From: Felis catus
Taxonomy: Eukaryota
DNA: 64,000 nucleotides
Assembly: GCF_018350175.1 (NCBI RefSeq)
Contig: NC_058368.1
Span: 12,958,001-13,022,000, forward strand
Direction of reading: 5' to 3'
The notes below the pieces were generated by a model that made no database searches, was not told where the DNA came from, and was given only the letters and a program-made list of their open reading frames with translations. Positions 36,031 through 50,057 of this stretch are shown here, piece by piece. Position 1 is the first letter of the stretch. Each line of letters opens with the position of its first letter. The position numbers and the translations under genes were made by a program.

Positions 36031-37554
36031 CATTAACCTTACAGCCAAGTCAGAGACACATGGGAGTAAACCAAGAATATAGAGCAGCGTGACAATATTG
36101 TCAGTGCTCCATGACAAACAGGGCTGAGGAAACTGGCACTTGATCCCAGCTACAGGGATCCTAGGAGGCTTTCAGGAGGACATGGTACTTGAGTTGAGTC
36201 CTTGGACAGACTAGGAGCTACCTTACAAGGAGTCTAAAAAGAGGTGTTTCAGGTAAAGAAGAATAGCAGTTATGAAAACAATAGGCTGTGAGAGTTCAAG
36301 GCACTTAAGAGGAAGGGTTTTAAAGAAACCAGCAATAGCAGACCTTATGGAGACCAATTTGAGGTAGGACAGTTCTATCACCCATTTCACAGATGAGGAA
36401 ACTGAGGCCTAAATGCCTGGTTGGAAAGAATTCCTAAGTCCAAACAGCTGGTGAGAAGGAGAGCTCTTTCACATCACAGCCTCCCATCACCAACGCAGGA
36501 CAGACATGGGAGGACATACTGCTCTTGGTTTATACACGGGAATATACACAGGAGAATTTCTATATATAAATTTGTATTAATAGCTTTGCCTATCTATCAT
36601 TAATAATCTTTTCCTTAACTAGTTGGATATTGAAGGCTGATAAAGTATGTATTTTTGGGTGTATATTACTATAAGTCATTAATGTTTTCCTTTCTTAGAC
36701 CTTACCCACACTTCTATTAACACCTCTCCTCATTGCCAGATCAAAGAACTACTTGCAAATTCTTGCCTATGTGATCTAGTCAAGATGAAAAAAGGAAACC
36801 AAAAAGTTCATGATATGAAGCCAAGAAAAAAAAATGTCTACAACTAGATATACTAGTTTTCAGCCCCTGATTTCTTGTCACTAGGGTTTATTTAGCCTAT
36901 TAGTCAGTGATTCAAGAAATGGAGCTTCCATCTACTGTGTGTCCTAGGTCCTAGAGATATTGTTATGACCAAGAGAGACTGTTTTCACTACAGTGATGGT
37001 GGGAATGTGGCAAGTCAATGAGTGACTGCAAACTAGTGTGATGGATGCAACAATGGCAGAAGCCTAAGCCATTATGGGGTCTCTTGGGAGGGACATTTAT
37101 TCTGACCCAGAGTGTTAAGAAAGGCTTTCTGGAGGAAACAATTTCAGCATTGAGTTTTGAAATGGGTAGGAGTGAGTGAGCTAGAAAGGGTTGGTGGTTG
37201 CTCAAAGGAGGCTGGAGGAACAGCCAGTGCACTGGCCTGGAAGAAAGAAGATATATTCAGGACCAAGAAGTGAGTCAGTATGGCTGACTCATTCATCTCC
37301 AGAGGTGAGGCTGGAGAGTGGGTGCAGAAACCAGCTATGAAGGGCTATATGAACCCAAGAGAGAAATTCAAAGTTCGCTCAAAGACAATGTGGAATCATG
37401 TGCTATTTATTGGGGGAGTAAAAAGACCAGACATGCATTTTAGAAAGAGTCTTCCAGTTGCAGTGAAGTGACTGAATAGATAGTCTAGGCCAAGAGTAGG
37501 TACAGGAATATCAGTTTGGGGACTTCTGTAATAACTACAGCAAGGCATATTGGT

Positions 37555-37951
37555 TAATTATATAGAACAAATTGATGGTTACCAGAGGGGAGGGAGGTAG
37601 GAGACTGGGTTAAATTAGGTGATGGGGGAGCACCTGGGTGGCTCAGTTGGTTAGGCGTTTGTGAGTTCAAGCCCCACATCAGGCTCTGTGCTGACAGCTC
37701 AGAGCCTGGATCCTGCTTCAGATTCTGTGTCTCCCCTCTCTCTACCCCTCTCCTGCTCACGCTGTGTGTCTCTCTGTCTCTCAATAATAAATAAACGTTA
37801 AAAAAATAAAAAAAAAATTAGGTGATGGAGATTAAGGCATGCACTTGTTGTGACAAGCACCTGGTGATATATGGAAATGTTGAATCACTATATTTTACAC
37901 CTGAAACTAATATAACATTGTAAAAAAGTAAAATAAAATAATATAGAAAAA
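37555..37951 (+). mobile_element. Carnivore L1 3' end (5'-truncated)
   Basis: GATGGTTACCAGAGGGG...ACACCTGAAACTAATATAACATTGTA; TSD AAGGCATATTGGT / AAGATGTATTGGT. Confidence 0.9.
37626..37814 (+). mobile_element. Feline Can-SINE inside L1
   Basis: Perfect TSD AAATTAGGTGATGG; ~30 bp missing between A and B boxes. Confidence 0.95.
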
Positions 37952-38594
37952 AAGATGTATTGGTAGCCTAGGGATGGAGTAAGTGGAAGGACAGGGGTGG
38001 TAAACTGGCTTGGTAATAGATTGAACTTTGAGTGGATGAGGACGAGGAATCATAGAATTGTATTCACCAGACTCTACTGAGAAAACCCACCTTTGGTAGT
38101 GCCATTCACAGAACAGGGGACCTTGGGCCAGGGACAGTTTTGAGGTATGGAGAAGGTCAGAAAGAAAAAGAGGGGAGTTTAGTTTGGGATATTTTGAGTT
38201 TGAAATGCTTGTGTATCACCCAAGTGAAGCTGTGTAGCATGAAACTGGCAATGACACTGTCAGTTTATGTAAGAAACTTAACTAGTTATTTTACTAAGGA
38301 TACTTACTTTACTCTGGATAAGGAGATAAAACTCCCTGGACAAGAACATTTGCTGTCTAGGCTAGGATCTGGGGGTTTCTCAGTACCCAAGGCAGTGTCC
38401 ACAGGCCCTAAACTGAGCTCAAGCAGTGATCCAGGTACTGGCAAAAGAACAAAGAAACATCTAGATGAGTCTAAAGAGAGAGCCGGAGACACTTTTAAAT
38501 CTCTCCTTCATTGTTAATCTATATGCAATTGGTGTGAAAGCACCAAGTTGCCCAAGTGGTAAATGAACTAATTTTGTGATCAGCTTGAAGGACC

Positions 38595-38845
38595 CAGTAG
38601 TTAAGAACATGGGCTTTTGAGATGGTAATTCTGGCTTAGAATTCCAGTTCTGTCACTTACCCTATGACCTTAAAGGGAAATTAATTTCTCTAAGCCTCAA
38701 TTTCTTTATCTGTAAATAGGGTAAAACCACTTGGTTAGGTATAAAAATACCTAGCTTATCAGATTGTTCTAAGGATTAAGTGAAGTAGTGTATGCAAAGT
38801 TTTAGCACATTACAGTGTCTAACAAATAATAAGTCTCCAATAGTC
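38595..38845 (+). mobile_element. MIR
   Basis: TCTCTAAGCCTCAATTTCTTTATCTGTAAATAGGG. Confidence 0.85.
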
Positions 38846-39669
38846 TCTGTAGCGGCCTTGTTGGTAATTACGAGATATCTAGGAAAATATCTTTTTCCCC
38901 TTGTTAACTACAGCAACCAGGGATAAAAGGAGCCCACAGTCACACCCATTCACACAGATATGCTGAGAGCATGTGACTGCACATTTGTTTGTCATAACAG
39001 AAGACTTCAGTATTTTCTTGCTTTAAAACCATAACCATGTTGTTCTATGGAAATACGGAAGAAAAGTACATCCTGTTGCTAAGTGATATGCTCATGTAAT
39101 TACTGGGGAAACAGATGGCCAATCAATAGTAGACAGGTAATTGCTTTAGAAATAGATTTAGTTAAAGATTGGAAATGATGATAAAGTATATTGTCCTATG
39201 ATAGTGGTATTAAGGCAGTTTATGGTCAATTATAATAAAAAATTATATTGAAAAGAGCATCTTATTTCTACTTTAAAGCTAATAGGAAGCCAACGCTTGC
39301 TCTATTATTGAGCCAACCTTTGGAAGAAAATGTAACCACTCACTGTGCTAGACAAATGCTTTATTCTAGGCTACTTTTTCTTAAAAGGAAAGAGTTGAGC
39401 ATTTGAATAGTCCAATTATCTATTCATTCATTCAACCATCATCTCTTGAACACTCATTATTATTCTTTCCTGTACTCCATTCTTACCTCCTCTGTACCTT
39501 CTTCTTCCACATTGCCTGTATACACTCCAATATCAGGAAAACTTAGAAATGGCACCTCACACACAACAAATTTAGAAATGAGCACCTTACACGCACATGT
39601 GGCTGATGACAAGGTAAACCGGAACAACCTTTTAAGAAAGTAATACGTCTGTAAGTTGAGCACACAAAT

Positions 39670-40110
39670 ATTATGCCATTTGATCTGTTAACCTCACTTC
39701 CTTGGAAATTTATCTGAAGAAAATAATTATCTGAAGAAAATAATTCAGAAGAAGAAGCTATATGAAGGTATTTATTGTGGTATTACCTATAATGAGAAGA
39801 AACTGGAAATAAACATCCAATACTAAATAATAATTAAGGATGACAATCATATTAATTCTAGATAATAATATGCAGCTATTCACAATAGTTGCAAAATCTC
39901 TTTAGAAATATGAACAAAATAAAGATCTGAGACAATATAGTTTGAAGACTTCACCTGTTCTGTCTATATATGAAGAATTAGCATAAAACATAAAAATGAC
40001 TGGGAAAGAGCAAACACAAATGAAAATACTGTGTTAGGGTAGTGTCGAAATTTTTTCACCATCTTCAAAAGTTTATTTTAAACTTATTTTAATAATATTT
40101 TATGATACAT
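39670..40110 (+). mobile_element. L1ME fragment
   Basis: TGCCATTTGATCTG...GGAAATTTATCTGAAGAAAATAAT...AATATGCAGCTATT. Confidence 0.65.
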
Positions 40111-40484
40111 TTAAAGTGAACACCACAAAGAATTGTTCTGTATGTGGTCAAAATCCAAGATGGCATCTTGCAAGCAGCAAATAGAAAGGCTTTACCACTT
40201 TTAGAATTCAAGTAATCTTAGAGAAATAAATAGTTCTGTTTCTCGGAGTTTTATCTCCCTTGTTTTCTATTGTGAGAGGCATTTACAAGTATATTGAATT
40301 TCTCTTGCTTATGAATTCAACTGCTGCTGCTTTTCCACAAACAGCCTTAATCCTTTGTTTGGCTGTCATAGTTGCTACTGCAGGAATTATGATGCTGCCA
40401 GCAGAGAATGCAAGAGGTAAAATGAAGAGGTTTTTAAAATGCCAGTACACACGTTCCCCTTTTTCTGGATATTATGTATTTCTG

Positions 40485-40486
<2 letters not shown>

Positions 40487-40525
<39 letters not shown>
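40487..40525. repeat. (CA)n microsatellite
   Basis: Directly visible. Confidence 0.97.
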
Positions 40526-40527
<2 letters not shown>

Positions 40528-42789
40528 TCCTATGAAACTCTAACCTTGTTTAGGGCAGGGACCATAATGTATATTTAATCTGAAAACATGCTTTCCAGGT
40601 TGTATTTTATTATAAAATAAAATGAATATATTCACTAGTCAGTACATCTGCTAGCAATGAAGAGGGAAAATGCTGGCTTTCCCTGGAATAGACTTCCATC
40701 GTCTTCCTTACACCCATGCGAGGGTTTTGCTTTTGTTTTCTTTTTCTTTCAATTTCATAGAATCTATTTTTCAATCATGCAGGGTAGTTTCAATTAATGT
40801 TGGGTGGGTCTACTTTCACAAATATTTTATCATTACTATTTTAGCATGATGAAATAAAGAAAACAATGGCTAAAATTATTCACAATAATTGATTTTGAAA
40901 TCGAGAGAGGAAAACCGTATCTGAAAATGATAGAGCTCTACTCAGGTTAAGAAGCTGTAGGGAAAATGCTCACTTGTTAGGTTTAAGTTGCTGTAGTGGT
41001 CTATGTGAGCCTCACTCTAGACAAATCATAGTAGTTCTTGGGTGTCGCAAAGAGGTCTGGATCACATAAAGTCAGACTTTGCCTAGAGGGGGAAATATTC
41101 TTCATAGACAACTGGCCTGGTTTTGACTACATGACATGTAATAATGTGGAATATTGCCTCATAGTCCCTGTGGAGGTTTGGCTAATGTGTCAATGATGAT
41201 TTCATGAAGGCCACTGACGGGGCAGGGGTGGGGGGAGGCAACTGCATGTATAGATGCAAACATGTATTTGCGCATGTGTATATGTGTGTGTGTGTCTATG
41301 TAAATGTTTTTAATTTCATTTGCTAAATGCATTTTTGGTTTATATGACTTCCCTCACCTCCAAGGTTACTGACCTCATTTATCACCAAAAGTCAAAGTTG
41401 TTATTTTGATAATTATTTTCAAAATTAAAGATGTAATTTCTAAATGAGTCCAGGGGATTCTGAGACATTACTCTGTTAAGTTTCAAGGTCCTGAAATTTT
41501 AAAACTCAGAAAAGAAGGCTAATGTCCTAGACATGATCTCCTGTCTTTGAGACACTCACCATGCAAGTGGAGTAGTGAGGCATGCGGGATCCTATCTCCC
41601 TTGTACAGTCCTTGAGTCATAAGACACTATCCCAGGCCAGGGTGGTTTCCCTGTCAGCCACCTCATTTCACAGAACTCAGGTGTTATCCTGCTAGGTAAG
41701 TCTATGAGCAAAGCAGGAGAGCCCTGGCTTCATTTGGACCTTTTAATATTGTAAACAGAGTAGATGTTTAAATGAATCAGAACCTTAATTTCTAGAAAGA
41801 TAATCCCGGGCATGGAAAGGAAGTTTAGCCTGAAGTGCAGGAAACAGCCTGCAGGTCTAATTTTAGGACTGTGAATCTCAGCAGCATCCTTTAAATATTG
41901 CAGAACACTCTGCTGTTTCCAGGGCCTCTTCAGGATCTATTTGAATATATTAGGATCAAAAGAGCCCTCCTGTTTCCTTAGAGTTGAGCAAATGCTGCCA
42001 GTAGTTCTGTTTAGCTCCTTGAGTTGTGCTTTGTGCACTGCATAAGGCCCTTTCTGCAATCTCCACACTCCAGGCCCCGCACAACCCAAGGGTCACAACT
42101 CAGACGCTATTTAATTTTCTTCTGGAACCATTTTGTTTCATATAAGTTGATATTTTTCATACCTCTAGAATTGCCTCATTATGAAATGACAGCCCCCCTG
42201 GAATTAGGAACCTTCCTAGCAACACTGCATGTAAAAGTATCTGGATAAGACTATCCTCATTTAGAAATGAAAGGAAACCCTTTCATCCAGTCCACTAGCA
42301 GGATTCAGAACATACAGACAATCCTCTTGGATTTTGCTAGAAAAACCTTTGCTTGTTGGGGCAAATAGTAGAATTGGAGTCAGAGATTGATCTGAAGGAG
42401 GTGGACTCTTAAGAAGCTCAAAATAATTATTGACTCTATTTTCAGAGTGCCTATTACCTGAAAAGCATTTAATATATGCCATTGCTAGTACTCCCCATAG
42501 CTCTCCAAGTTGCTTATTACAGTTGGGGACTCTTGGATTGAGAAAAGCCCAGAAGCTTGCCCAAGGTCATCTAATAGGTGAATTGCAGAGCTAGGATTTA
42601 AACCTGCACCCATGTGGCCCCGTTTTTTAATCGCATTGTTCTGCCCCTCGGGACAAGTAACTCTTCAAAAAGGAAATGCCAGGTAGACAGGCTGCAGACA
42701 GCCTGTGTGTTAGTTTGTGTGAATACATTCTATTAACAATAATCTACTTGGATTAGAGAAAATCTAGCAGTTTCAGACCTCACCTCAGC

Positions 42790-43025
42790 AATTGGTATAG
42801 CGTTATTACTGAGCCAGCCCTGGGTCAGCCTGCTAGGATTCAAACCCTCACGTTTATTTCGTACATGGTTACTGGCTAGCTGTGTAATTTGGGGCTGTTA
42901 CTTAGGTTTCTCGAGCTGTAAATGGGGATAATAATAATAATACATTCCTCAGTGAGCTGTGAGGATTAAATGAAAGAATCCTTGCAAAGTACTCTCGGAT
43001 AATCAATACAAGATAACTATTGTTA
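42790..43025 (+). mobile_element. MIR
   Basis: CTGTAAATGGGGATAATAATAA...GTGAGGATTAAATGA. Confidence 0.85.
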
Positions 43026-45444
43026 TTGCCAAAATTGCTTATACATGTTTGTGTCTCCCCTGCCCTGTGCATATGGGAAATAATTTTTTTTACAGGGGAA
43101 TATTTTGGAGCAAACTAACTTGTAACTTGCTAGAAACCTCAAATAATAATACCAAATAAGTAAAGCAGGCTGGTGTACGAAATTTGCCAGCTGTGGAGGG
43201 CATTGCAACAAAACCTGTGCTGGACAGAAAAGGCTGAAGCATCCATGCCCCATTACTTCATAGCCTAACTCCGCTGACTCAGCCTAAGGCAGGCAGTAAT
43301 CACAGCCAAGTTTATATGCTCGAGAATTGATGTGACCATATTTTCACATTCTCAAAAGCAAAGTCAAGAAAAAAAGCATGATCAGAAAGTTTTTATGGGA
43401 CTAATCATGAAATGCTGACAGCTCCAGCTTATTGATTTACCTTTAGTTAACCTCTATAATTTGGATGATCTACCCAGCCCAAACTGGAGGTATAGCAGGG
43501 GAATCCCTTTTGTCTTTTGGTGACTTTGGAACAAAGAACTTGTCAGTTCTTATTTATCCTATAGAGGGTAATTGATTTGGGATGGTGGTGAGTGTTCAGA
43601 TGGGATTTCTAGAGGACATTTATCTTAGTCCCTCCACAGCCCACACAATCAATATTGTTTATGCTAATGATGTGATCCTCTCACTGCATCAGAAATTCTG
43701 AAAAGTATGTGCCGGAGCAGTCATAGTACCGTATTCAATTACCTCTTTGTGTTTCTAATAATATAAATAAATTAGAAGACATGTATTTGACTACTGTTCT
43801 CAAGCTGCAAATCCATTGTTTTCTTGTTAAATGGTACTAATTGTGGTTGTCATGGAAACCCTGAAGGTACTTAGGCCGAATTGCCCGATCTATTTTTTTC
43901 TTTTGTAAGTGATTATTTCTTTGGCTGACATTGAAATTCCTCCTCTAGAAAGCTATTATGCATATGCTCACAAGACACTTGCTCTAAGTTAAGATGCTCG
44001 ATAAACCTGTTACACCAATTATATTGTACTATGGTTATGAGAATCAAATTACTTCATATGTAAACTGATCATTTAGAAAAATTAATAAAGCTAATTGGCT
44101 GGGTTTTTTTTTTTTGCTAAAAGTATTGATGTGAAAGCTAGATGATTTTGAAAAATAAAACCTACTTGCTTAATTTTATTTCTATGTATGTTTTATATTA
44201 TTTTATTAATATAAAACCATATATTTATATAATTATATAAAATTATATATAACAATATTTTTATTAATATACATTTTATATTATTTTATTTGTGTATGCT
44301 TTTAAAATATCATTTTTCTGTAACTTTTTCAAAAAATGTAAAAGTTACCTTAAAGAATTTCATCTGCTTCTTGTTAAACCCGTGGGTAGGTTTCATGGGG
44401 AACAGATATTTGTGGACGGTGTGTATGCAGAGGAAAACATCTCAGGAATCTTATGGTCTTGGGTAACATATTAGACCCACTAGTAATCGATTGTGGGTAT
44501 TTTACCTGTGTTTCGGTATCCTCGTGTGTAAACTTCATTGGGTTGTTGTAAAGTTGAAGCATAACTCTGTATGTCATGCTTCTGGTCCAGTGCCAGGCAG
44601 ATAGCAGATGCTGGAGAAATTTCACTCCTGTTCCAGTCTGTCTCCCTATTCACCCTCCCCTCACTCAGCCCTGCAGACAGGCTCACCCCCAGGATCCTGG
44701 AGTGACATATTTGGGTGAAAAGGACAAAATGTTTGGCTGGCAGAACCTCAGCAAATTTTTAGTGTCCTCGTGCCATTCCCTTATTATGGGATGCAAACAG
44801 TGTCCTGGGACAAGTCTGATCTGGAAAGAGAAGGTTTTACAAAGATTTGATCAATTTCATAATGATAACTTCCAAGTAACTATTAGAAAGTTTATTCCCC
44901 TCCCAGTACAACACAGGATCACCCAAGGGTGGGTTGGGGTGGGGAGAAAATTCATTAGTTTACCTTGTACAAGTGTGAGTTTTAGAAAATGCATAATTAA
45001 AAAAATATTTATTGTGGTGCTGTGGCTACTCCCACAGCTCATTACACTTCTGCAAAATCTTCATTCTTGTGATCGAAATGCAGTCATCACATTGGTTGTA
45101 TATGATATCTAAAAGGAAATAAACAGTCTTATGAGTTTTTATCTTAGTAAGTCTTCCCTACTACACATTTGATTCATATTATGAATCAAATTTTATTTAT
45201 TTTAATAAAATTGAATATAGAGTAAATCCAGATTATGTTCCCACTGTGTCTTCTATAAGCCTCAATTGATAGCGTATACACATGCTCGCTTACCATATGA
45301 TATCACCATTGTTTATATATGTATTTATCCTCACAGATTAAACTGTTTACATATAGGGACTGCAGTTTGTAAATAAAAAAAAGAAAAATGAAATGAAACA
45401 AAAACTTAAAATCTCCAGCACCAAGTAGGTTTAGGCTATTTCTT

Positions 45445-45740
45445 TTATTCATTGAATGATTATTTACTGAGTGCCCACTCTTGCCCTCTGCTGTACTATC
45501 TGCTGGGGATTCAGTGGCAGATGCGTCTCCCTGGGCATTAAGCATGCATCTACAGCAGCGGATGCTAAGTGCTGTGAGCACTGAACTGCAGGCTCTCAGA
45601 GAACATGTTGGCTCCCTAACCCACATGGGAATGGCACGTAAGTCAAGTCAGCCTTCCCCAAGGTGATGCCTTCGAAGGGGAGAACTGATGATGCACAGTT
45701 TGATTTAACAAGGTTAGGAAGACGGTTCCAAACAAAACGA
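45445..45740 (-). mobile_element. L2 3' end
   Basis: TTATTCATTGAATGATTATTTACTGAGTGCCCACT...GCTGGGGATTCAGTGG. Confidence 0.7.
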
Positions 45741-46495
45741 AAAGCAAATATAAACAGCCAGAGGTCAGGGACCAAAAGACGGTTTCTTGCATTCCTGTTC
45801 CCGCAAGTTTGTAGAGAAGAGTATCCAGCCTCTACAAAATCCACACTGGTGCCATTGATCAGCTGTTTTTAAATACGAGATCTCACGTTTAACAAACTGA
45901 ACTATAAGCTCTGTGGATCTTTGTTTCGTAGGCTGAGGTGACAGCTCTGATAGGCCCTGATTGTGTAGCCTTTCAAGATGACTTTGAATCAACATGCCAC
46001 CCTCCCAGCACACCCCAGAATGGAGCCCGTGGGTGAAGAACAAAGGTGACCTCTGGGTTTGGTTTTTTAAATTTCAATTTACTGATCTATTATTCCAGAT
46101 TTCAAATATGTATTTAATACTATTTACTCAAATAGTATTTGGGCAAGGGTTTGGACTAATTTTTCAGTATTTTAAATAAGGCATAATGGGGTGCCCGGGA
46201 TTAAGGAAATTGTAGAACTCAGCATAGTCAGTGGAGTCCAGAGAAATCTGGATTTGCCTCCTGGCTCCTTCTCTTCAGATCTAGGAAACCTCTAGCATGT
46301 TCTTCCCTCATCTATGAGGCAGAGCGGGGGGATACCTATCCAGAGGACTTCTGTGAAGATTAACTGAAATGTAAATTAAAAAAAGTGAAACGAAGCAAAG
46401 AAGTTTCTTTGATTAAGTGAGATTCCCTATTTAACATGATGCCTGATGCCTGGTTTCATTAGCAAATGATAATTAGTAATGCAAGTAATTTTTAA

Positions 46496-46717
46496 AAATG
46501 TTTATTTATTTTTGAGAGAGAGAGAGAGACAGAGAGAGACAGAGTGTGAGCAGGGGAGGAGCAGAGAGAGGGAGACACAGACCTGAAGCAGGCTCCAGGT
46601 TCTGAGCTGAAGCAGGCTTCAGCACAGAGTCTGACACAGGGCTTGAACCCACAAACTGGGAGATCGTGAGCTGAGCTGAAGTCAGACGCTTAACTGACTG
46701 AGCCACCCAGGCGCCCC
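46496..46717 (-). mobile_element. Feline Can-SINE with internal duplication
   Basis: TSD TGCAAGTAATTTTTAA / TGAAAGTAATTTTTAA; CTGAAGCAGGCT occurs twice. Confidence 0.96.
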
Positions 46718-46970
46718 TGAAAGTAATTTTTAATAGCCTCAGCAACATTCTTTATTTCTCCTGTATTATTACTATTTTTTAAACTAGTTTGTTGGGCTAT
46801 ACTTTACATACTATAACATTCATTTATTTTCAGTGTACAATTCCGTGAATTTTAGTATATGCAGAATTAGATAATTGATATTGCAATAAAATTTTAGAAC
46901 ATTTCCATCACCCTAGAAAGAATGTTTTATGTCCAAGAATTCCTAATTGTGTGTGGGAAATGTTCTATTT

Positions 46971-47173
46971 TTTTAATGTTTAGTTTTAAGAGAGAGAAAG
47001 AGAATGCTCACCTGGTTGGAGGAGGGACAGAGAGAGAGGGAGAGAGAGAGAATCCAAAGAGGCTGCATGCTCCTTAGAGCCTGACTCTGGCCTTGATCTC
47101 ACCAGCATGAGATCATGATCTGAGCTGAAATCAAGAATCGGATGCTCAACTGACTGGACTACCCAGGGACCTC
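46971..47173 (-). mobile_element. Older Can-SINE
   Basis: TSD GGGAAATGTTCTATTT / AGGAACTGTTCTATTT. Confidence 0.93.
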
Positions 47174-47724
47174 AGGAACTGTTCTATTTAAGAATCCATG
47201 ATAATCATCATATTCACTAAGTAACCACAGGTTGTCATGTGGTGATATTCTGATAATTATCACAAAAAATGTTAATTCTTCCTAACACCCCTGACAAGTT
47301 GCAGCTGACTAAGACTATTTGGAGAAAGTACAGTCTAAACTGAGATCCATCTGCAGCACTGTTGTGTGATTGTTGGATGAGTTAATAGCCAATGTACCTA
47401 ATACAAAACCTGAAGTCTTTTATCTGAAGATGGACATTACTTCCGGTACCTTTGTTATGTATAGTGATGATGGGAAACAAAGTATAGATAATTCTCGAGG
47501 AGTTTCCAGAAGATATTTGATACTAAACAAGAAGGAGAGGCAACCCACATTCTCCTCCTTTCTCCCCACACACCCCCACCAAAAAAAAAAAGAGGTTAAT
47601 TCTTTAAGTATGTTATAACTTCTGATAACAAGCTTGGCTAAATACTATTGATACAGTACAAAAGAACCACTGTATTTTACTTATGTGGCTATATATTTTG
47701 GCATTTTTCAGTAATCATTCTAAA

Positions 47725-47940
47725 AAAATTTTTTAATGCTTATTTATTTTTGAGAGAGAGAGAGAGAGTGTGTGTGTGTGTGTGAGTAGGGGAGGGGCAG
47801 AGAGAGAGAGGGAGACACAGATTCTGAAGCAGGCTCCAGGCTCCGAGCTGTCAGCACAGAGCCTGATGTGAGATCAAACTGTGAGATCATGACTTGAGCT
47901 GAAGTTGGATGCCCAACCAACTGAGCCACCCGGGCGCTCC
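47725..47940 (-). mobile_element. Feline Can-SINE
   Basis: TSD core AATCATTCTAAA. Confidence 0.95.
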
Positions 47941-49834
47941 AATAATGAATCATTCTAAAGAGTATATTCTCTGATACCTTCCTTCCAATTTCTTTTCAGA
48001 TAATAAGGGAGGGCATCATTCATATTTGTTGATATCATTAAGAATTATTGAATTTTTAAGATTTCATACAAAGAACATTCCATCATGATCCTTGGTGGTT
48101 ATTCAAATAAGGAAGTTTTAGAAAAGTGACAAATATTGTCATGAAACTTCTGTGGAAAAAGTCTTTCTTATTTAAGTGTTATTCTGAAAAGATAGTCATT
48201 GATAACATTGAATGTGTTACTGCAAAATCTTTGAAAAAGGGCAAGCACTACAAGAAAGTATGCTATGGGGTCAGGTATGAGGGCTCTGCGTAGGAAGGCT
48301 CTGGTCAAACTGTGGTTAATTCTGCCAGGTTTTAGCTGTGGGATGTTAAACCCAGTTCCTTAACTCTGGTTCACAGTCTCCTCATTTGTAAAATAGAGGT
48401 GATAACACGGTTATGGGAATTAACCTATTATATTAGTAAATCAATTAGTACAGTGCCTGCTATCTAATAAGAGTTCAATAAACGGCTGCTGGAGTTTTAT
48501 TGAGTTGTAGACTCCTAGGGAATTGGTAAAGGAGCCATTTTATTAAGTTTAAGAACAAAGGGGGTGACTTCCTATTAGGAAAATTATAAATATAGGGGAA
48601 GAGGTTTTTTTAATCTTCAGTAGGGAACCGAAAGTCTCCCCCTCTGACTGGGAAATAGCAATCATTGAAGAACTGAATGAAAATAAATTTTGGTGCACAA
48701 ACTGTGTGACACAGAGATTGATCTATTGTACTGTAATCTGATTTTTGCTCTTTATCTATGAGGAGAGGAGATGAGGAGGCCAAAGAAAAACAAATCTTAG
48801 TAGAAGGGTCCCAGACAGACATTCTAAGGCCTTAGGTGTATTGACACAGAAAGGGCATCATCTGTCTCCACCTGAGCCTGAAAAATGCCAGAAGTGGCTG
48901 TGAAAGGCCTGAGACTGACAAGTTGGATGTCATCCATGTTCATGGCTCTGTGATGACTGATATGTAGTTGGGGGCTAGGATATTAACATGAAAATCAGTG
49001 GACCCAGAACAAGTGAGAAGACCTGATTGTCTGGGATCCTCAGGCCACCTGGTCACTTTCAGGACTGAATTAAGAGTGATACTGAGTAGGGCTGATGCCT
49101 GCTGATTGCTGGGGAAGCTGGATCTAGGAGCTCTAACAATGACTCAAAGTAGGGATGGATTACAAATGGGGAATGATGACCACAGGAGGAAATGGGGAAG
49201 GCTGATGCTGTGACTGAAGTTCAGGGAGCTGGGGGCTGCATCACTCCCAGTTGGTCTTTTTAGCTTCTTATAATTTGAATGTACTTGTCTTTCTTGGCCT
49301 CTCTTACCTATAGGAGAGCCTCAGAGGTCCCAGGCTGTCAGAGAAAGTTTAGTTCCATGGTGGCAGTGGTATCCATCCAAGAGTCCTTGGTTTTCCCATA
49401 GTTAGAGCTGGATTCATCTCTGAGGGCCTGAAGGAACCAGCTTTACCAAGGTCCAGAAACTTTGTCTGTGGGGGCTGGTATCAGCGCTCAGGGCTCTATT
49501 AGTTATACTTTTAGCTCAACCCTGAAAGGGGCTTTGAAACTAAGGTGAAGCGAAGTTGTGGACTAAACATAACTTGTATGCGCTCGGAAGGGATTTTGCC
49601 TACAGGTTCAAACTCTAAAAGATGCATCTTGATCTTCCAAAAGATCTATGATTGATTTTAAAAGACAAGAATAGATTTATTAGGCGGTTGTAGGGGACAC
49701 ACTCGTTCATTTATTTTTATTCAATTTTTATACAAATATCACTGACTTCATATGAATGGAAGGTGGTGCATTCTCTGTGAAGTTTAAGAAGATCTAGACA
49801 TAGTCTACATTCTCAAGATGTTTCTTGTCTAGAA

Positions 49835-50057
49835 AGGTGGTTGGCAAACTATGTTGGCAGGTTAAATCCTGCCTGCTGACTGTCTCTGTAAACAAGGCTT
49901 TGTTGGAAGATAGCCATGCTCATTTGCTTACCTATCATCTATGACTGCTTTCCTGCCACAACAACCAAGTGGAGTAGTTGCAAGAGAGACAATATGACCC
50001 TTAAAACCTCAAATATTTACCATCTGGCCCTTCATGTAAAATGTTTTCTGACCCCTG
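49835..50057 (+). mobile_element. MER58A (hAT-Charlie)
   Basis: TTGGCAAACTA...AAATATTTACCATCTGGCCCTT...TGACCCCTG, near full length. Confidence 0.9.

Larger units (their letters stand above)
36900..38250 (-). mobile_element. L2a interrupted by L1 and SINE
   Basis: AGAAAGGCTTTCTGGAGGAA...TGCATTTTAGAAAGA...TTTTGAGTTTGAAATGC. Confidence 0.75.

Noticed and set aside
44576..45112. Longest ORF (178 aa)
   Set aside because: Starts in a MIR-like repeat, no recognisable domain or exon structure.
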